Virus record (IMG/VR): IMGVR_UViG_3300037245_002365
Length of the DNA: 64,000 nt
Reading direction: 5' to 3' (one strand)
DNA from: a virus
Lineage: Duplodnaviria; Heunggongvirae; Uroviricota; Caudoviricetes
Both the position numbers and the translations under genes were made by a program. A model generated the notes under the pieces. That model saw nothing but the letters and a program-made list of their open reading frames with translations. It was not told the origin of the DNA and ran no database searches. Of the stretch, positions 1 through 8,822 are shown piece after piece (position 1 is the first letter of the stretch; each line of letters opens with the position of its first letter).

Positions 1-2139
1 GTAGACATAAATGAAATTAGCACATATAACGGTCTCTATAGTTTAGGTCTTACAGAAGAAGACTTAGCAAACATAGCAGAAGCCGATGCTACACTAAAAG
101 GATTAAGCAGTAACGAGCGGAATAATACCGACAGGCTCTTTTATTGTATAAGCAGAGGCACTACCTTGGTTGCTGTAAAGGCAATCGATTATAAAGAAAG
201 GTTATTTCTAAAAATATATGAAATAAACCCAACAATGGAAAATTCTGGTATTAACGAGGGCTTTTCTGGGTATGGATATATTTATAGAAATTATTCAAGC
301 AATTATCTTAGCCATCGGCAGGATGATATAAGCCTAAAAGACTGCTTCTTATCAGAAGAAGGTATAGTCGGAGTGGATGGCACTCTCAATAAGTTAAAGG
401 AATCATTAAAAAGTTTATCAGCCCTAAATAGTTTTGGGGTGGAAACCGAAGTAGCACTACAAAGTGTAGAAGGTAGATTAGACGGCCTTGAAGGAAACTT
501 TAAAAAGATATTGTTAGAAAACTACGAGAATATAAACAGACAGGGAACAAGTTCCAATGTTGAACGTGAGTATTTTCAAAGTGATGCGGGTATTCAAAAG
601 TTTGTAGAATTATTGGGTGATGATGTTACTCATACAACAAACAGGGATAACTTTGGATCGGATACCGGAATAGGAAAAATTACTGACGTTTTTGAATGTG
701 GTAATTACAGAATGTTCTTATGCAGGCGTTCTGGATACTCATATAACAGAGAAGTAGCACCTTACGAAGTTGAAGTACAGTTTAAAATACTTCCAGCAGA
801 GCATCGTGATTATAACTGGATTGATGTTGGCAGAAGCTATATTCCAATAAATAAGACTACTACTGAGAAACCTTTTGCATCAGCTATCTTTATGGATTTA
901 AACGGCGTAGTACCTGATAGTGACCTCATTCCACAATCATCTAAAAATGTTTGGGAAAGAGGGGACAATACGTATTCTATTGACGGTGATACAGTTAATA
1001 CTTTATTAGCAAAAGCAGCCGCCAAAGAGCAAAAGGAAAAAGAAAGAGTTAATCCCGTTAATATTAGGGACGCTGTAAAAGCTAAGTTAGAAAAGAAAGC
1101 CGCAGAGAACAAAACGATTAAGCTGGCTGATATTGAATTCACAGCGCATCAAATAGTTTATGCTGAGCAAGTTTTAGCTTATGATGATACAAACGAAAAT
1201 AATAAATGGGGATATAAAATACTAGAAGATTTACTTAGTACTTATGGAAGCACTATAGATAATATAAACTTCGATAATGTATTTTCAGCCTTTGTAACGC
1301 TAGCATTACCAGCTACTTATAGAAGTAAAGAGACATATAGAAGTGGTACCATTGGTACTGTGAAATATGCTATTACTGAAAAAGAAACTACTAATGCTTT
1401 AGGTAACGCTTCTAAACGTTCATATATAAATGGTGTTAGGATTAATGCGAAAGAGCTTAGAGCTTGCTTATTGCAGGCAATTTGCTTTACGGAGCAGGCA
1501 GACTATGACCAGTGGCTTAAAACAGTAAGCAAAGTTAGTATTCAAATTCATAAGTATTTATTGAATGGTATTGAAACAGCAGTAACAGATGAATTGAATC
1601 ACGAAAGGTTAAACCTTAAATTCCCGCTAGTCAGAAAAACTGGAAATACCTACATTAGAATTAATGAGGTAGACTACAAAGTTAGAAATATTCATAAACT
1701 TGTAAACATTAGAAGTGAACGAAGTCTATTAAAGGTCGCAGGAGTCTTAATGGATGACACAATTGTTAGTGGTATTTTATCACCAAGTTTATCAGGTATT
1801 GTCACTGGTGCGAGGGAAGCATTCAGGGCAGCAGTTGAGAAATCAAGAGTATTGTTAAAGCAAACCGAAAAGGTTTTCAATTTAACATATGAATCAAATA
1901 AAACAATAGCCGGAAAACGCTTAAGTGGTTATCAAGTAAATGGTAACAGAAATAAATACTTTATTGAATATAACCCAGAGTCGAAAGACAATGAATTCAA
2001 AGTATGGAATGCAGAAACCGGCGATTACTTCTGTATTGTTGATAAATCACATCAACAAGTCGGCGTAGATGGATTAGTAAATAGAATATATGCATTGCAT
2101 AATGACTCTGCATTAGCTAACCAAATACACACAATTTAA
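1..2139 (+). CDS. Large hypothetical protein, 5'-truncated (>712 aa); candidate E2-like C-terminal domain of the Ubl cassette
   Basis: Frame 1 is stop-free from base 1 to TAA at 2137-2139, so the track start at 166 is probably internal. C-terminus GDYFCIVDKSHQQVGVDGLVNRIYALHND. Lies directly upstream of the Ubl ORF; both precede a terminator. Confidence 0.75.
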   Translation, partial: VDINEISTYNGLYSLGLTEEDLANIAEADATLKGLSSNERNNTDRLFYCISRGTTLVAVKAIDYKERLFLKIYEINPTMENSGINEGFSGYGYIYRNYSSNYLSHRQDDISLKDCFLSEEGIVGVDGTLNKLKESLKSLSALNSFGVETEVALQSVEGRLDGLEGNFKKILLENYENINRQGTSSNVEREYFQSDAGIQKFVELLGDDVTHTTNRDNFGSDTGIGKITDVFECGNYRMFLCRRSGYSYNREVAPYEVEVQFKILPAEHRDYNWIDVGRSYIPINKTTTEKPFASAIFMDLNGVVPDSDLIPQSSKNVWERGDNTYSIDGDTVNTLLAKAAAKEQKEKERVNPVNIRDAVKAKLEKKAAENKTIKLADIEFTAHQIVYAEQVLAYDDTNENNKWGYKILEDLLSTYGSTIDNINFDNVFSAFVTLALPATYRSKETYRSGTIGTVKYAITEKETTNALGNASKRSYINGVRINAKELRACLLQAICFTEQADYDQWLKTVSKVSIQIHKYLLNGIETAVTDELNHERLNLKFPLVRKTGNTYIRINEVDYKVRNIHKLVNIRSERSLLKVAGVLMDDTIVSGILSPSLSGIVTGAREAFRAAVEKSRVLLKQTEKVFNLTYESNKTIAGKRLSGYQVNGNRNKYFIEYNPESKDNEFKVWNAETGDYFCIVDKSHQQVGVDGLVNRIYALHNDSALANQIHTI

Positions 2140-2168
2140 TTAATTAAAAAAAATCGAGAAATAAAAAA

Positions 2169-2414
2169 ATGAATGAAACAAACAAAACTCCAAATGCAAT
2201 GGTAACAGTAAAAATCATAAGCAGCAGTGGCCACGATGAATTTGTAGGAGACGCAGTATCGGCTCTAGCAAAAATTCAAGAAGAAACAGCAAAGAATGCC
2301 AAGTGGGTATATATTGATGGTGGCCAATTCAATCCTGAGAACCTAACCGTTGATCAACTATTGAACGCTGAAGATATTACTCTAACTAATGCTCTAGCAG
2401 GCGGAGTTGGATAA
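2169..2414 (+). CDS. Ubiquitin-like (beta-grasp/ThiS-MoaD-like) small protein with di-glycine near the C-terminus
   Basis: 81 aa, ends ITLTNALAGG-VG; GH..W.YIDG pattern; clustered with JAB and E1 genes. Confidence 0.75.
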   Translation: MNETNKTPNAMVTVKIISSSGHDEFVGDAVSALAKIQEETAKNAKWVYIDGGQFNPENLTVDQLLNAEDITLTNALAGGVG

Positions 2415-2433
2415 TTTAACGCAGAATTATATG

Positions 2434-2465
2434 AGTGGGGATTCTATGAGTCCCCACTTATTTTG
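2434..2465 (+). terminator. Intrinsic terminator after the Ubl gene
   Basis: AGTGGGGA-ttctatgag-TCCCCACT stem followed by a T-rich tail. Confidence 0.7.
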
Positions 2466-2518
2466 AAAAGATAAAAACACTGAAAGAGTTTACACAGAAA
2501 GAGTAAACAAGGAAATGT

Positions 2519-3274
2519 ATGAATGCATCAAGACAGCGTGAAGCCAACCTAACAACCGTTTTATTACGGGTGGAACAAGGAAGCTTACAACACGCACCTA
2601 AACGTTCTTTGGCCGAAAAAGAAACGAGGGTTACTTTTATAAGAGCAGCAGCAGAGGATACAAGCAAACTAACTCAACAGAAATTAGCAGACATTTGGGG
2701 CATTACCCCAAGCGCAGTATCTACGAGATTTAGAAAAGCGGGCATCCCTTGGGTTTCATTTAAACTAGTCTATAATTTGGGCGGACAAGCAAATTATGAT
2801 TATTTTATGGGGCTAGCTAATAAAGGCTATAGATTAGAAAATCTACAAGCGGCAGCAGAAAAGTTTGGGTTGAAACTAACTCAAGCACAAGTAGATTACA
2901 TACGTAGAGCAGCCAATAACACAGAGAAAAAACACGTTGGTCTAAGCCGTAATAATACCGGTATAGTTGAACATTGGCCGAGAGCAGGTAAAGATATAAC
3001 TATTGGGGGCATAAGTAGGCACGAAGACGCACAAAGTAAATTAGTCACCCAAGCGTATAACTTAGCAGTAGCAGACATAGCCATGGTTATGGGTACTAGT
3101 GAAGCCGAAGCTGAGAAATTTTATGGACCTGAAGGTCATAATTTTTTAGGCGAAAGAACCCCTTCATTTATTGCTGCCCATTGGCATAAATATTATTGTA
3201 ATCACGATCACTCGAAAGTAGAGGTAAATGTTGGAATTAAATCCACAGTCGTTGAGCTTACAAGTAAGGACTAA
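2519..3274 (+). CDS. Hypothetical protein with an N-terminal helix-turn-helix
   Basis: TQQKLADIWGITPSAVSTRFRKAG fits an HTH pattern; His/Cys-rich C-terminus (HWHKYYCNHDH). Confidence 0.6.
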   Translation: MNASRQREANLTTVLLRVEQGSLQHAPKRSLAEKETRVTFIRAAAEDTSKLTQQKLADIWGITPSAVSTRFRKAGIPWVSFKLVYNLGGQANYDYFMGLANKGYRLENLQAAAEKFGLKLTQAQVDYIRRAANNTEKKHVGLSRNNTGIVEHWPRAGKDITIGGISRHEDAQSKLVTQAYNLAVADIAMVMGTSEAEAEKFYGPEGHNFLGERTPSFIAAHWHKYYCNHDHSKVEVNVGIKSTVVELTSKD

Positions 3275-3677
3275 GGTAGTAAAAGAGATGACGGACTACG
3301 GAGACGCTAGTCCGTCCCTCGAAGTTTGTGGAGTATTGTTGGGGACTAAAACATCTGATACGGAATGGCTCTGTGATGAGTTCGTTCCAGTAACAAATGT
3401 TTCTCCAATGCCTCCCGTACATTATATACCCCATCCAAACGAGTTCCTTAACGTTTTAAAACGAACAACACACTTCAGCGATGATGCTGAAAAAGATTTA
3501 ATAGGTATTTTTCATACACACCCTAATAACGTCGCCAGACCATCTATAATAGATATTACAGAGGCTAGTTATTTAGGAGCGTATATCATTTATTCACCTA
3601 GATTAAAAGAAATGAACACATTTTACAGTGATGGAGAAATTCCAGCATGGACACCCATCATAAGAAAGGATATTTAA
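3228..3677 (+). CDS. JAB/MPN+ (JAMM) metalloprotease, deubiquitinase-like; start may be ATG 3288
   Basis: EVCGVLLG ... IGIFHTHPNNVARPSIIDI is a complete JAMM motif (E..HxH-x7-S-x2-D). Confidence 0.9.
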   Translation: MLELNPQSLSLQVRTKVVKEMTDYGDASPSLEVCGVLLGTKTSDTEWLCDEFVPVTNVSPMPPVHYIPHPNEFLNVLKRTTHFSDDAEKDLIGIFHTHPNNVARPSIIDITEASYLGAYIIYSPRLKEMNTFYSDGEIPAWTPIIRKDI

Positions 3678-4292
3678 ATGGCTAGAAACATTTTAATAGT
3701 CGGAGCAGGCGGAATCGGCTCATGGCTGGCTTTTAATTTATTTAAATTACAAGAAGCCAACCAACTGGGAACCGTACGTAAAATTATCTTAGCAGATGAT
3801 GATACCGTAGAAGTTAAGAATATAGCTTATCAATGTTTCGAGAATACAGACATCCTAGAGACAAAGGCGGAAGCCTTATCAGACAGGTTTGGCGAGCTAT
3901 TCACACCTCTTGAAAAACGAATTACGGAACAAGATTTACGTGATGGCAGCCGTTGGGGTCAATATGACTGTATAGTCAGCGCAGTAGACAACACTGAATT
4001 CAGAAGAGTGTTATTTAATTACTGTGAGAAAAATACTCGCATTCATTGGATTGACCTAAGAAGTGAGGGTAGATCAATCGCTGCTTATACAAAGCACGAG
4101 AAAAACACTCTTGAAGTTATGATGGCAACCATTCCAGAAGAAGTTAAAGAAGGTAGTTGTCAGAGATCATTTGAGATGAGTGCCGGAATTATCCAAAACG
4201 GAAACAAAATTGTAGCCGCAATCGGTTCGCAGTTTATATTAAATTGGCTGAGAGGAGACTCCAGCATCAGCAAGCTTTGCTTGAATATTTAA
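3678..4292 (+). CDS. ThiF/MoeB/E1-like adenylyltransferase
   Basis: ILIVGAGGIGS nucleotide-binding loop, DDDTVEVKNIAYQ, KAEAL, SAVDN..FR, WIDLRSEG, C-terminal EGSCQ cysteine; abuts the JAB stop. Confidence 0.9.
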   Translation: MARNILIVGAGGIGSWLAFNLFKLQEANQLGTVRKIILADDDTVEVKNIAYQCFENTDILETKAEALSDRFGELFTPLEKRITEQDLRDGSRWGQYDCIVSAVDNTEFRRVLFNYCEKNTRIHWIDLRSEGRSIAAYTKHEKNTLEVMMATIPEEVKEGSCQRSFEMSAGIIQNGNKIVAAIGSQFILNWLRGDSSISKLCLNI

Positions 4293-4293
4293 T

Positions 4294-4503
4294 ATGGATA
4301 CGAGTCGAGCGGAGAGTCTAAATTTTGGTGAGATTAGAAATACTCAAACCAATATAAAAGTAGACCAAGAAACGTGGGATAGAATATTCCACAACGAAGC
4401 TGATCCAGATAATTGCAGCGGTAGGGCTCGCCCTACCGGTTGCTCTATCTGTGACAAAATAATAATCAAAGAAAAGAATGCTAGAGAAACTGAAGAGTCG
4501 TAA
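4294..4503 (+). CDS. Small hypothetical protein
   Basis: 69 aa, 1 nt after the E1 stop; CxxC near the C-terminus. Confidence 0.55.
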   Translation: MDTSRAESLNFGEIRNTQTNIKVDQETWDRIFHNEADPDNCSGRARPTGCSICDKIIIKEKNARETEES

Positions 4504-4666
4504 ATTAATTGTAGCCTTAGTAGGCGTATTTGCAATTTTAGCGACACAACTTTTTGGAGTACCAGAAGCAGCCGCAAGCGCAATGTCGGGACATATAGTA
4601 ACACTTGTTAGTACTTATGTTCTTGGTCAAGGCGCTGTAGACGCAGCAGGAGCTTTTAAGAAGTAA
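4478..4666 (+). CDS. Small two-helix membrane protein, holin-like
   Basis: KLKSRKLIVAL N-terminus and two hydrophobic segments, as in small phage holins. Confidence 0.55.
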   Translation: MLEKLKSRKLIVALVGVFAILATQLFGVPEAAASAMSGHIVTLVSTYVLGQGAVDAAGAFKK

Positions 4667-4700
4667 ATAAATTACCAGATACAACCAAACCATACTATAC

Positions 4701-5507
4701 ATGGAACACTATTTTAGATTAATAGCTAATTATAAACCTCTTACCAAAAAAGAGGAATTATCCCTATTTTTAAAAGCTAAAGGTGGGGACGATAGAGCAA
4801 AAGATAAATTACTAAATGCAAATTTAAAATTTGTTGTATCTACTGCTAAGAAATATCAGAATCAAGGACTTACATTACAAGAACTTGTTGCTGATGGTAA
4901 CTACGGGTTGATGAAGGCATACCATAAATTTGATGTCGGAAGAGATGTTAAATTTATAACATATGCTGTATGGTGGATACGCCAAAGCATCATCAATTCT
5001 ATTCATGAGCACGCTAAGTTAATTAGATTGCCTTTGAATAAAATAACCAACGTAACCAAACTAGCAAAAACTAAAGAACGCCTAGAGCAGAGGCTTGGAA
5101 GAGCGCCAGATAACGATGAATTATTAGATGAACTCGGAGATAATTATGCTACGATACTTAGAGATAGTATGTTTAATTATCAGGTTATTGCTCTTGATGA
5201 GCCTCATGCAGATAATGGAACTACATTAGATAATGTAATTCCGGCAGAGCCAACTTCGCAGGAAATGGCTATTGAGGCATCGATATTAAAGCAAGAGTTG
5301 GAGAGCGTCTTAATAGACTTTACCCAACGAGAAAAAGATATTCTTTATATGTATTATGGCATCGAACAAGTTCGACCATATACTCTAAAGGAGATTGGCG
5401 TTGACATGGGATTAACCCGTGAACGAATTCGCCAAATAAAAGAAAAAGCTTTAACTAAACTAAGACGTAAACACAGAGCCGATAGGTTACGAGGTTACGT
5501 CAGTTAA
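4701..5507 (+). CDS. Phage-encoded sigma-70 family RNA polymerase sigma factor (no region 1.1)
   Basis: NLKFVVSTAKKY, DGNYGLMKA..KFD, KFITYAVWWIRQSI (region 2), IRLPLNK, TLKEIG..MGLTRERIRQI (region 4.2). Confidence 0.95.
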   Translation: MEHYFRLIANYKPLTKKEELSLFLKAKGGDDRAKDKLLNANLKFVVSTAKKYQNQGLTLQELVADGNYGLMKAYHKFDVGRDVKFITYAVWWIRQSIINSIHEHAKLIRLPLNKITNVTKLAKTKERLEQRLGRAPDNDELLDELGDNYATILRDSMFNYQVIALDEPHADNGTTLDNVIPAEPTSQEMAIEASILKQELESVLIDFTQREKDILYMYYGIEQVRPYTLKEIGVDMGLTRERIRQIKEKALTKLRRKHRADRLRGYVS

Positions 5508-5519
5508 CCAAAATAAAAC

Positions 5520-7346
5520 GTGATTTATACAGTTACAAACGACTCGGAATTAAAGCACGCGGTATCAGTCTTCGAAGGAGAACAGATACTTGCTGTTGAT
5601 ACCGAAACTACAGGACTAGACCCATTAATTGATAAAGTCCTGTTATTACAGATAGGAAATGAAAATGACCAAGCAGTATTCGATGTTTATAGACTCGGAA
5701 CGAGTATCTATGATGCACTAAAATTAATTACTAATCCAAACATAATTAATGTGTACCATAATGCTAGGTTTGACTATAAAATGTTAAAAAGAAATTTTAA
5801 CATAGAACCAAATAATTTACGTTGTACTATGATTGGTGAGAAATTACTTAATCAAGGTAAAATGAAAGTTAGGTATGGGTTAGCAGACGTTGCTATGAAA
5901 TACATCGGTAAAGAGATAGATAAATCTCAACAAAGTTCATTTATAGGAATGAAGTATGGAAACACTTTTACAAAGGAACAATTAGCATATGCTGCTGATG
6001 ATACCACATACTTAATACCTATTTATAGGAAAATACAAGACCTTTTAGATAAAAGGGGTATGGGAACCTTAAGTGAATTAGAGTTTGAGACCATTAGAGC
6101 TATAGGGGACATGGAGCTGAATGGTATTTATGTTGATCGTAAAACATGGCTTGGACTAAAAGATACTGCTCAAGCTAAAGCAGATGAATACTTTAAAGAG
6201 TTGAGTGAGATTGCAAAAACTAAATGCCAAGTAGATTTGTTTGGAGATCCTGTTATTAATTATAATTCTCCAAAACAATTACTTCCATTAGTTATTTCTT
6301 TAACAGGCGTTAATATTAAAAGCACTGGTGTAGAGATTTTAAGTAAAATAAATCATCCATTCACAAATAATTTATTAAAGTATAGAAGCCAAACTAAATT
6401 AGCAGGAACATATGGTCAGGCTTTCCTAGATGAAAACACATCAAAAGTAGATGGAAGAATACATTCTGACATTGATCAGATGAAAGAGACAGGCAGGCTC
6501 GGAGGATCAAATCCGAACCTAATGAATATTCCTAAGGAACAGGCATATAGGACACCTTTCTGTGCTCAAGATCCAGAATATAAAATAATAAGCAGCGATT
6601 ATGCTCAACAGGAATTAAGGGCTTTAGCTCAAATGAGTAAAGAGCCAAAATTTTTATATGCTTTACAAAATAATATGGATTTGCACGCTTACTCCGCAAG
6701 TTTAATTTATAACATACCATATAAAGATTTTTTTGTACTAGATGAGAATGGAGAAATAACATTTGATGAAAAAGGCGAACCAAACTTTATTCCTGAAATG
6801 AAAAAGAGGTATCGTGCTCCATGTAAGAACATCAGTTTCGGCATAATGTATGGTATGGGCCCAAAAAAGTTAGCGAATGATCTTGAAATTTCATTACAAG
6901 CAGCAAAAGCGCTACTAAGGAAATATTTCGGGGAATTTCCCAAAATTGAAAAATTATTTAATTCATTAGCCAAAAATGCTAGAGATACTAAAATAGCAGT
7001 ATCTAAATTAGATGGGCGATGCAGAGATTTAAATAGCTTTGATTGGGACAATAGCGGGGATGCTTCAAGGGCAGAAAGAATCGCTAAGAATCTTCCGTTT
7101 CAAGGGGTTGGCGCTTCATCTACAAAACTAGCTGTTTGTAGAATTAAGAATAGAATAGATGAAGAGAACGTCGATGCGATGTTAGTAAACATAGTTCACG
7201 ATGAGCTTCTTTATGAAGTTCATGAAGACGAGGCAGAAAAAATGTCGGCAATTATTGCGGAAGAAATGATTAAAGCTTTTAATTATTATGCGCCGGATGT
7301 GCCGATGGTAGTAAATCCAGTGATTGATGATCATTGGATACATTAA
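5520..7346 (+). CDS. polA: Family A DNA polymerase with 3'-5' exonuclease
   Basis: Exo I DTETTGLD, Exo II HNARFD, Exo III YAADD; motif A DYAQQELR, motif B R..CKNISFGIMYG, motif C VHDE. Confidence 0.95.
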   Translation: MIYTVTNDSELKHAVSVFEGEQILAVDTETTGLDPLIDKVLLLQIGNENDQAVFDVYRLGTSIYDALKLITNPNIINVYHNARFDYKMLKRNFNIEPNNLRCTMIGEKLLNQGKMKVRYGLADVAMKYIGKEIDKSQQSSFIGMKYGNTFTKEQLAYAADDTTYLIPIYRKIQDLLDKRGMGTLSELEFETIRAIGDMELNGIYVDRKTWLGLKDTAQAKADEYFKELSEIAKTKCQVDLFGDPVINYNSPKQLLPLVISLTGVNIKSTGVEILSKINHPFTNNLLKYRSQTKLAGTYGQAFLDENTSKVDGRIHSDIDQMKETGRLGGSNPNLMNIPKEQAYRTPFCAQDPEYKIISSDYAQQELRALAQMSKEPKFLYALQNNMDLHAYSASLIYNIPYKDFFVLDENGEITFDEKGEPNFIPEMKKRYRAPCKNISFGIMYGMGPKKLANDLEISLQAAKALLRKYFGEFPKIEKLFNSLAKNARDTKIAVSKLDGRCRDLNSFDWDNSGDASRAERIAKNLPFQGVGASSTKLAVCRIKNRIDEENVDAMLVNIVHDELLYEVHEDEAEKMSAIIAEEMIKAFNYYAPDVPMVVNPVIDDHWIH

Positions 7347-7362
7347 ATAACCATAATTACAA

Positions 7363-8055
7363 ATGGAATTGGCAAACAATATTATTTTAGTCGGTTTAGG
7401 CCATAAGGCTAGACAAGGTAAAGATGCTACGGCATTAATACTAGACGAGCTACATGCGCACACTCATGTGATTCATTGGGCTGATAGCCTATATAATGAA
7501 TTAAGAGATGTTCCAGAAGGTGAAAACCTTATTGAACTTGAGGACGGTGTTTTCAAGTTTCGTGATCCAGACGGTTCACACAACACGTATGCTGCAGGAA
7601 AGTTCCCAACTTTATTGGCATTGTTTAGAGAGCGTGGTATAGCCAGCTACTCGCATATGACAGACAAAGACCCGCAAATGTTACAGTTTTGGGGCACAGA
7701 ATTTAGAAGGAACCATACAGATACGGATTACTGGGTGAATAAAACTTTAGAGAACCTTTCCACTTACGCGGAAAGAAACTTTATCGAAGATGCTCTATAT
7801 ATAGTTCCGATTGCAGATACGAGGTTTAGCAATGAAGCCAGAGCTGTTTGGAAAAACGGAGGAATCTACGTTGATATAATTAGGATACGGGAAGATGGAT
7901 TACGCTATATAGCGGATGACAGAGACCCCGGCCACCCTTCAGAGGTTGACCTTGATGGGGTTGTGCCTGATTATTTAATACGTTGTTCTAATCTAGACGA
8001 ACTTAGAGAAGAAACAAAAAAACTGCTTGAGTTTATTAAAACAAAAGCAGCTTAA
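7363..8055 (+). CDS. Deoxynucleoside monophosphate kinase
   Basis: GLGHKARQGKD P-loop, LQFWGTEFRR, DTRFSNE, HPSE..LD. Confidence 0.85.
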   Translation: MELANNIILVGLGHKARQGKDATALILDELHAHTHVIHWADSLYNELRDVPEGENLIELEDGVFKFRDPDGSHNTYAAGKFPTLLALFRERGIASYSHMTDKDPQMLQFWGTEFRRNHTDTDYWVNKTLENLSTYAERNFIEDALYIVPIADTRFSNEARAVWKNGGIYVDIIRIREDGLRYIADDRDPGHPSEVDLDGVVPDYLIRCSNLDELREETKKLLEFIKTKAA

Positions 8056-8062
8056 ATTTGAG

Positions 8063-8097
8063 TGGAGAGAGAGGAAATACCTCTCTCCATTTTTTTA
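8063..8097. terminator. Intrinsic terminator between convergent blocks
   Basis: TGGAGAGAG(A)GG-aaata-CCTCTCTCCA plus T7. Confidence 0.8.
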
Positions 8098-8106
8098 CCT
8101 TAAGAA

Positions 8107-8811
8107 TTAAACGGTTGGATTATATGCTGTTCCTCCGAACGATACAATACTTTTTGCTCTAATTCCTACATTTTCCGCAAGTACAGTTTGTTGTGAACCT
8201 ACCGCTATCCCGTGAGTTTGGATGTGACACATTTCTAGATAAATGCCGCCCCACGCCTGCGTAGCACCTGTATTTGTTGTTGGTGCTCCATCAGCACCAC
8301 CTAAAGTAGTGTAAAGTAATAGTGCCAATCCCATTGGTCTATTAAAGAACTCTGATGCCAAGTTAATATAGAACGGTCCACTATAAGTTTCACCACTATC
8401 AGTTGAATATGGGTCCACCGGTTTTATTGAGTCTGATGCGTCATTAACTGGTGCATCAGGAAATGTCGTTCCGTCTGCACTATACTCATAAACAGCTCTC
8501 ATTAAAGATGGACCATCAAATAGCGCTCTCGATATACCTACTTGAACTAATGTTCTTCCCGGTATGAAGAAAGGCTCTCTAGAACCAACTTCAAATAATT
8601 GTGTTACTTGTTTGTTTTGACTAATTTGTACATTTTGTACTAAACCAATTGGTGTTAAATATCCCCCTGGTCCACTTGTCATATCGTCGAACTTTGGAGG
8701 TCCTGCGCATAAAACAGCCGACTCAGAAGATAAGAAATTGCCATTGGTCGCTATTGGCTGTACACTTCCGTTAAGGAAGTCCCAATCTGTTAGTATTTTT
8801 GTTGCTGCCAT
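8107..8811 (-). CDS. Probable tail tube protein
   Basis: Directly downstream of the sheath gene; PIGLVQNVQISQNKQVTQLFEVGS pattern; SD TAAGGAG. Confidence 0.65.
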   Translation of the reverse strand: MAATKILTDWDFLNGSVQPIATNGNFLSSESAVLCAGPPKFDDMTSGPGGYLTPIGLVQNVQISQNKQVTQLFEVGSREPFFIPGRTLVQVGISRALFDGPSLMRAVYEYSADGTTFPDAPVNDASDSIKPVDPYSTDSGETYSGPFYINLASEFFNRPMGLALLLYTTLGGADGAPTTNTGATQAWGGIYLEMCHIQTHGIAVGSQQTVLAENVGIRAKSIVSFGGTAYNPTV

Positions 8812-8822
8812 TTTTTATCTCC

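Noticed and set aside
166-168. Track start codon for the first ORF
   Set aside because: The frame is open back to base 1; the gene is truncated by the window.
2169-4292. Host CBASS/Bil defence island or thiamine/molybdopterin operon
   Set aside because: No CD-NTase or effector, or ThiG/MoaE-type genes, are adjacent and the context is phage replication genes. The NTase at 25788 is distant and lacks a C-terminal Gly/Ala for Cap2-type conjugation.
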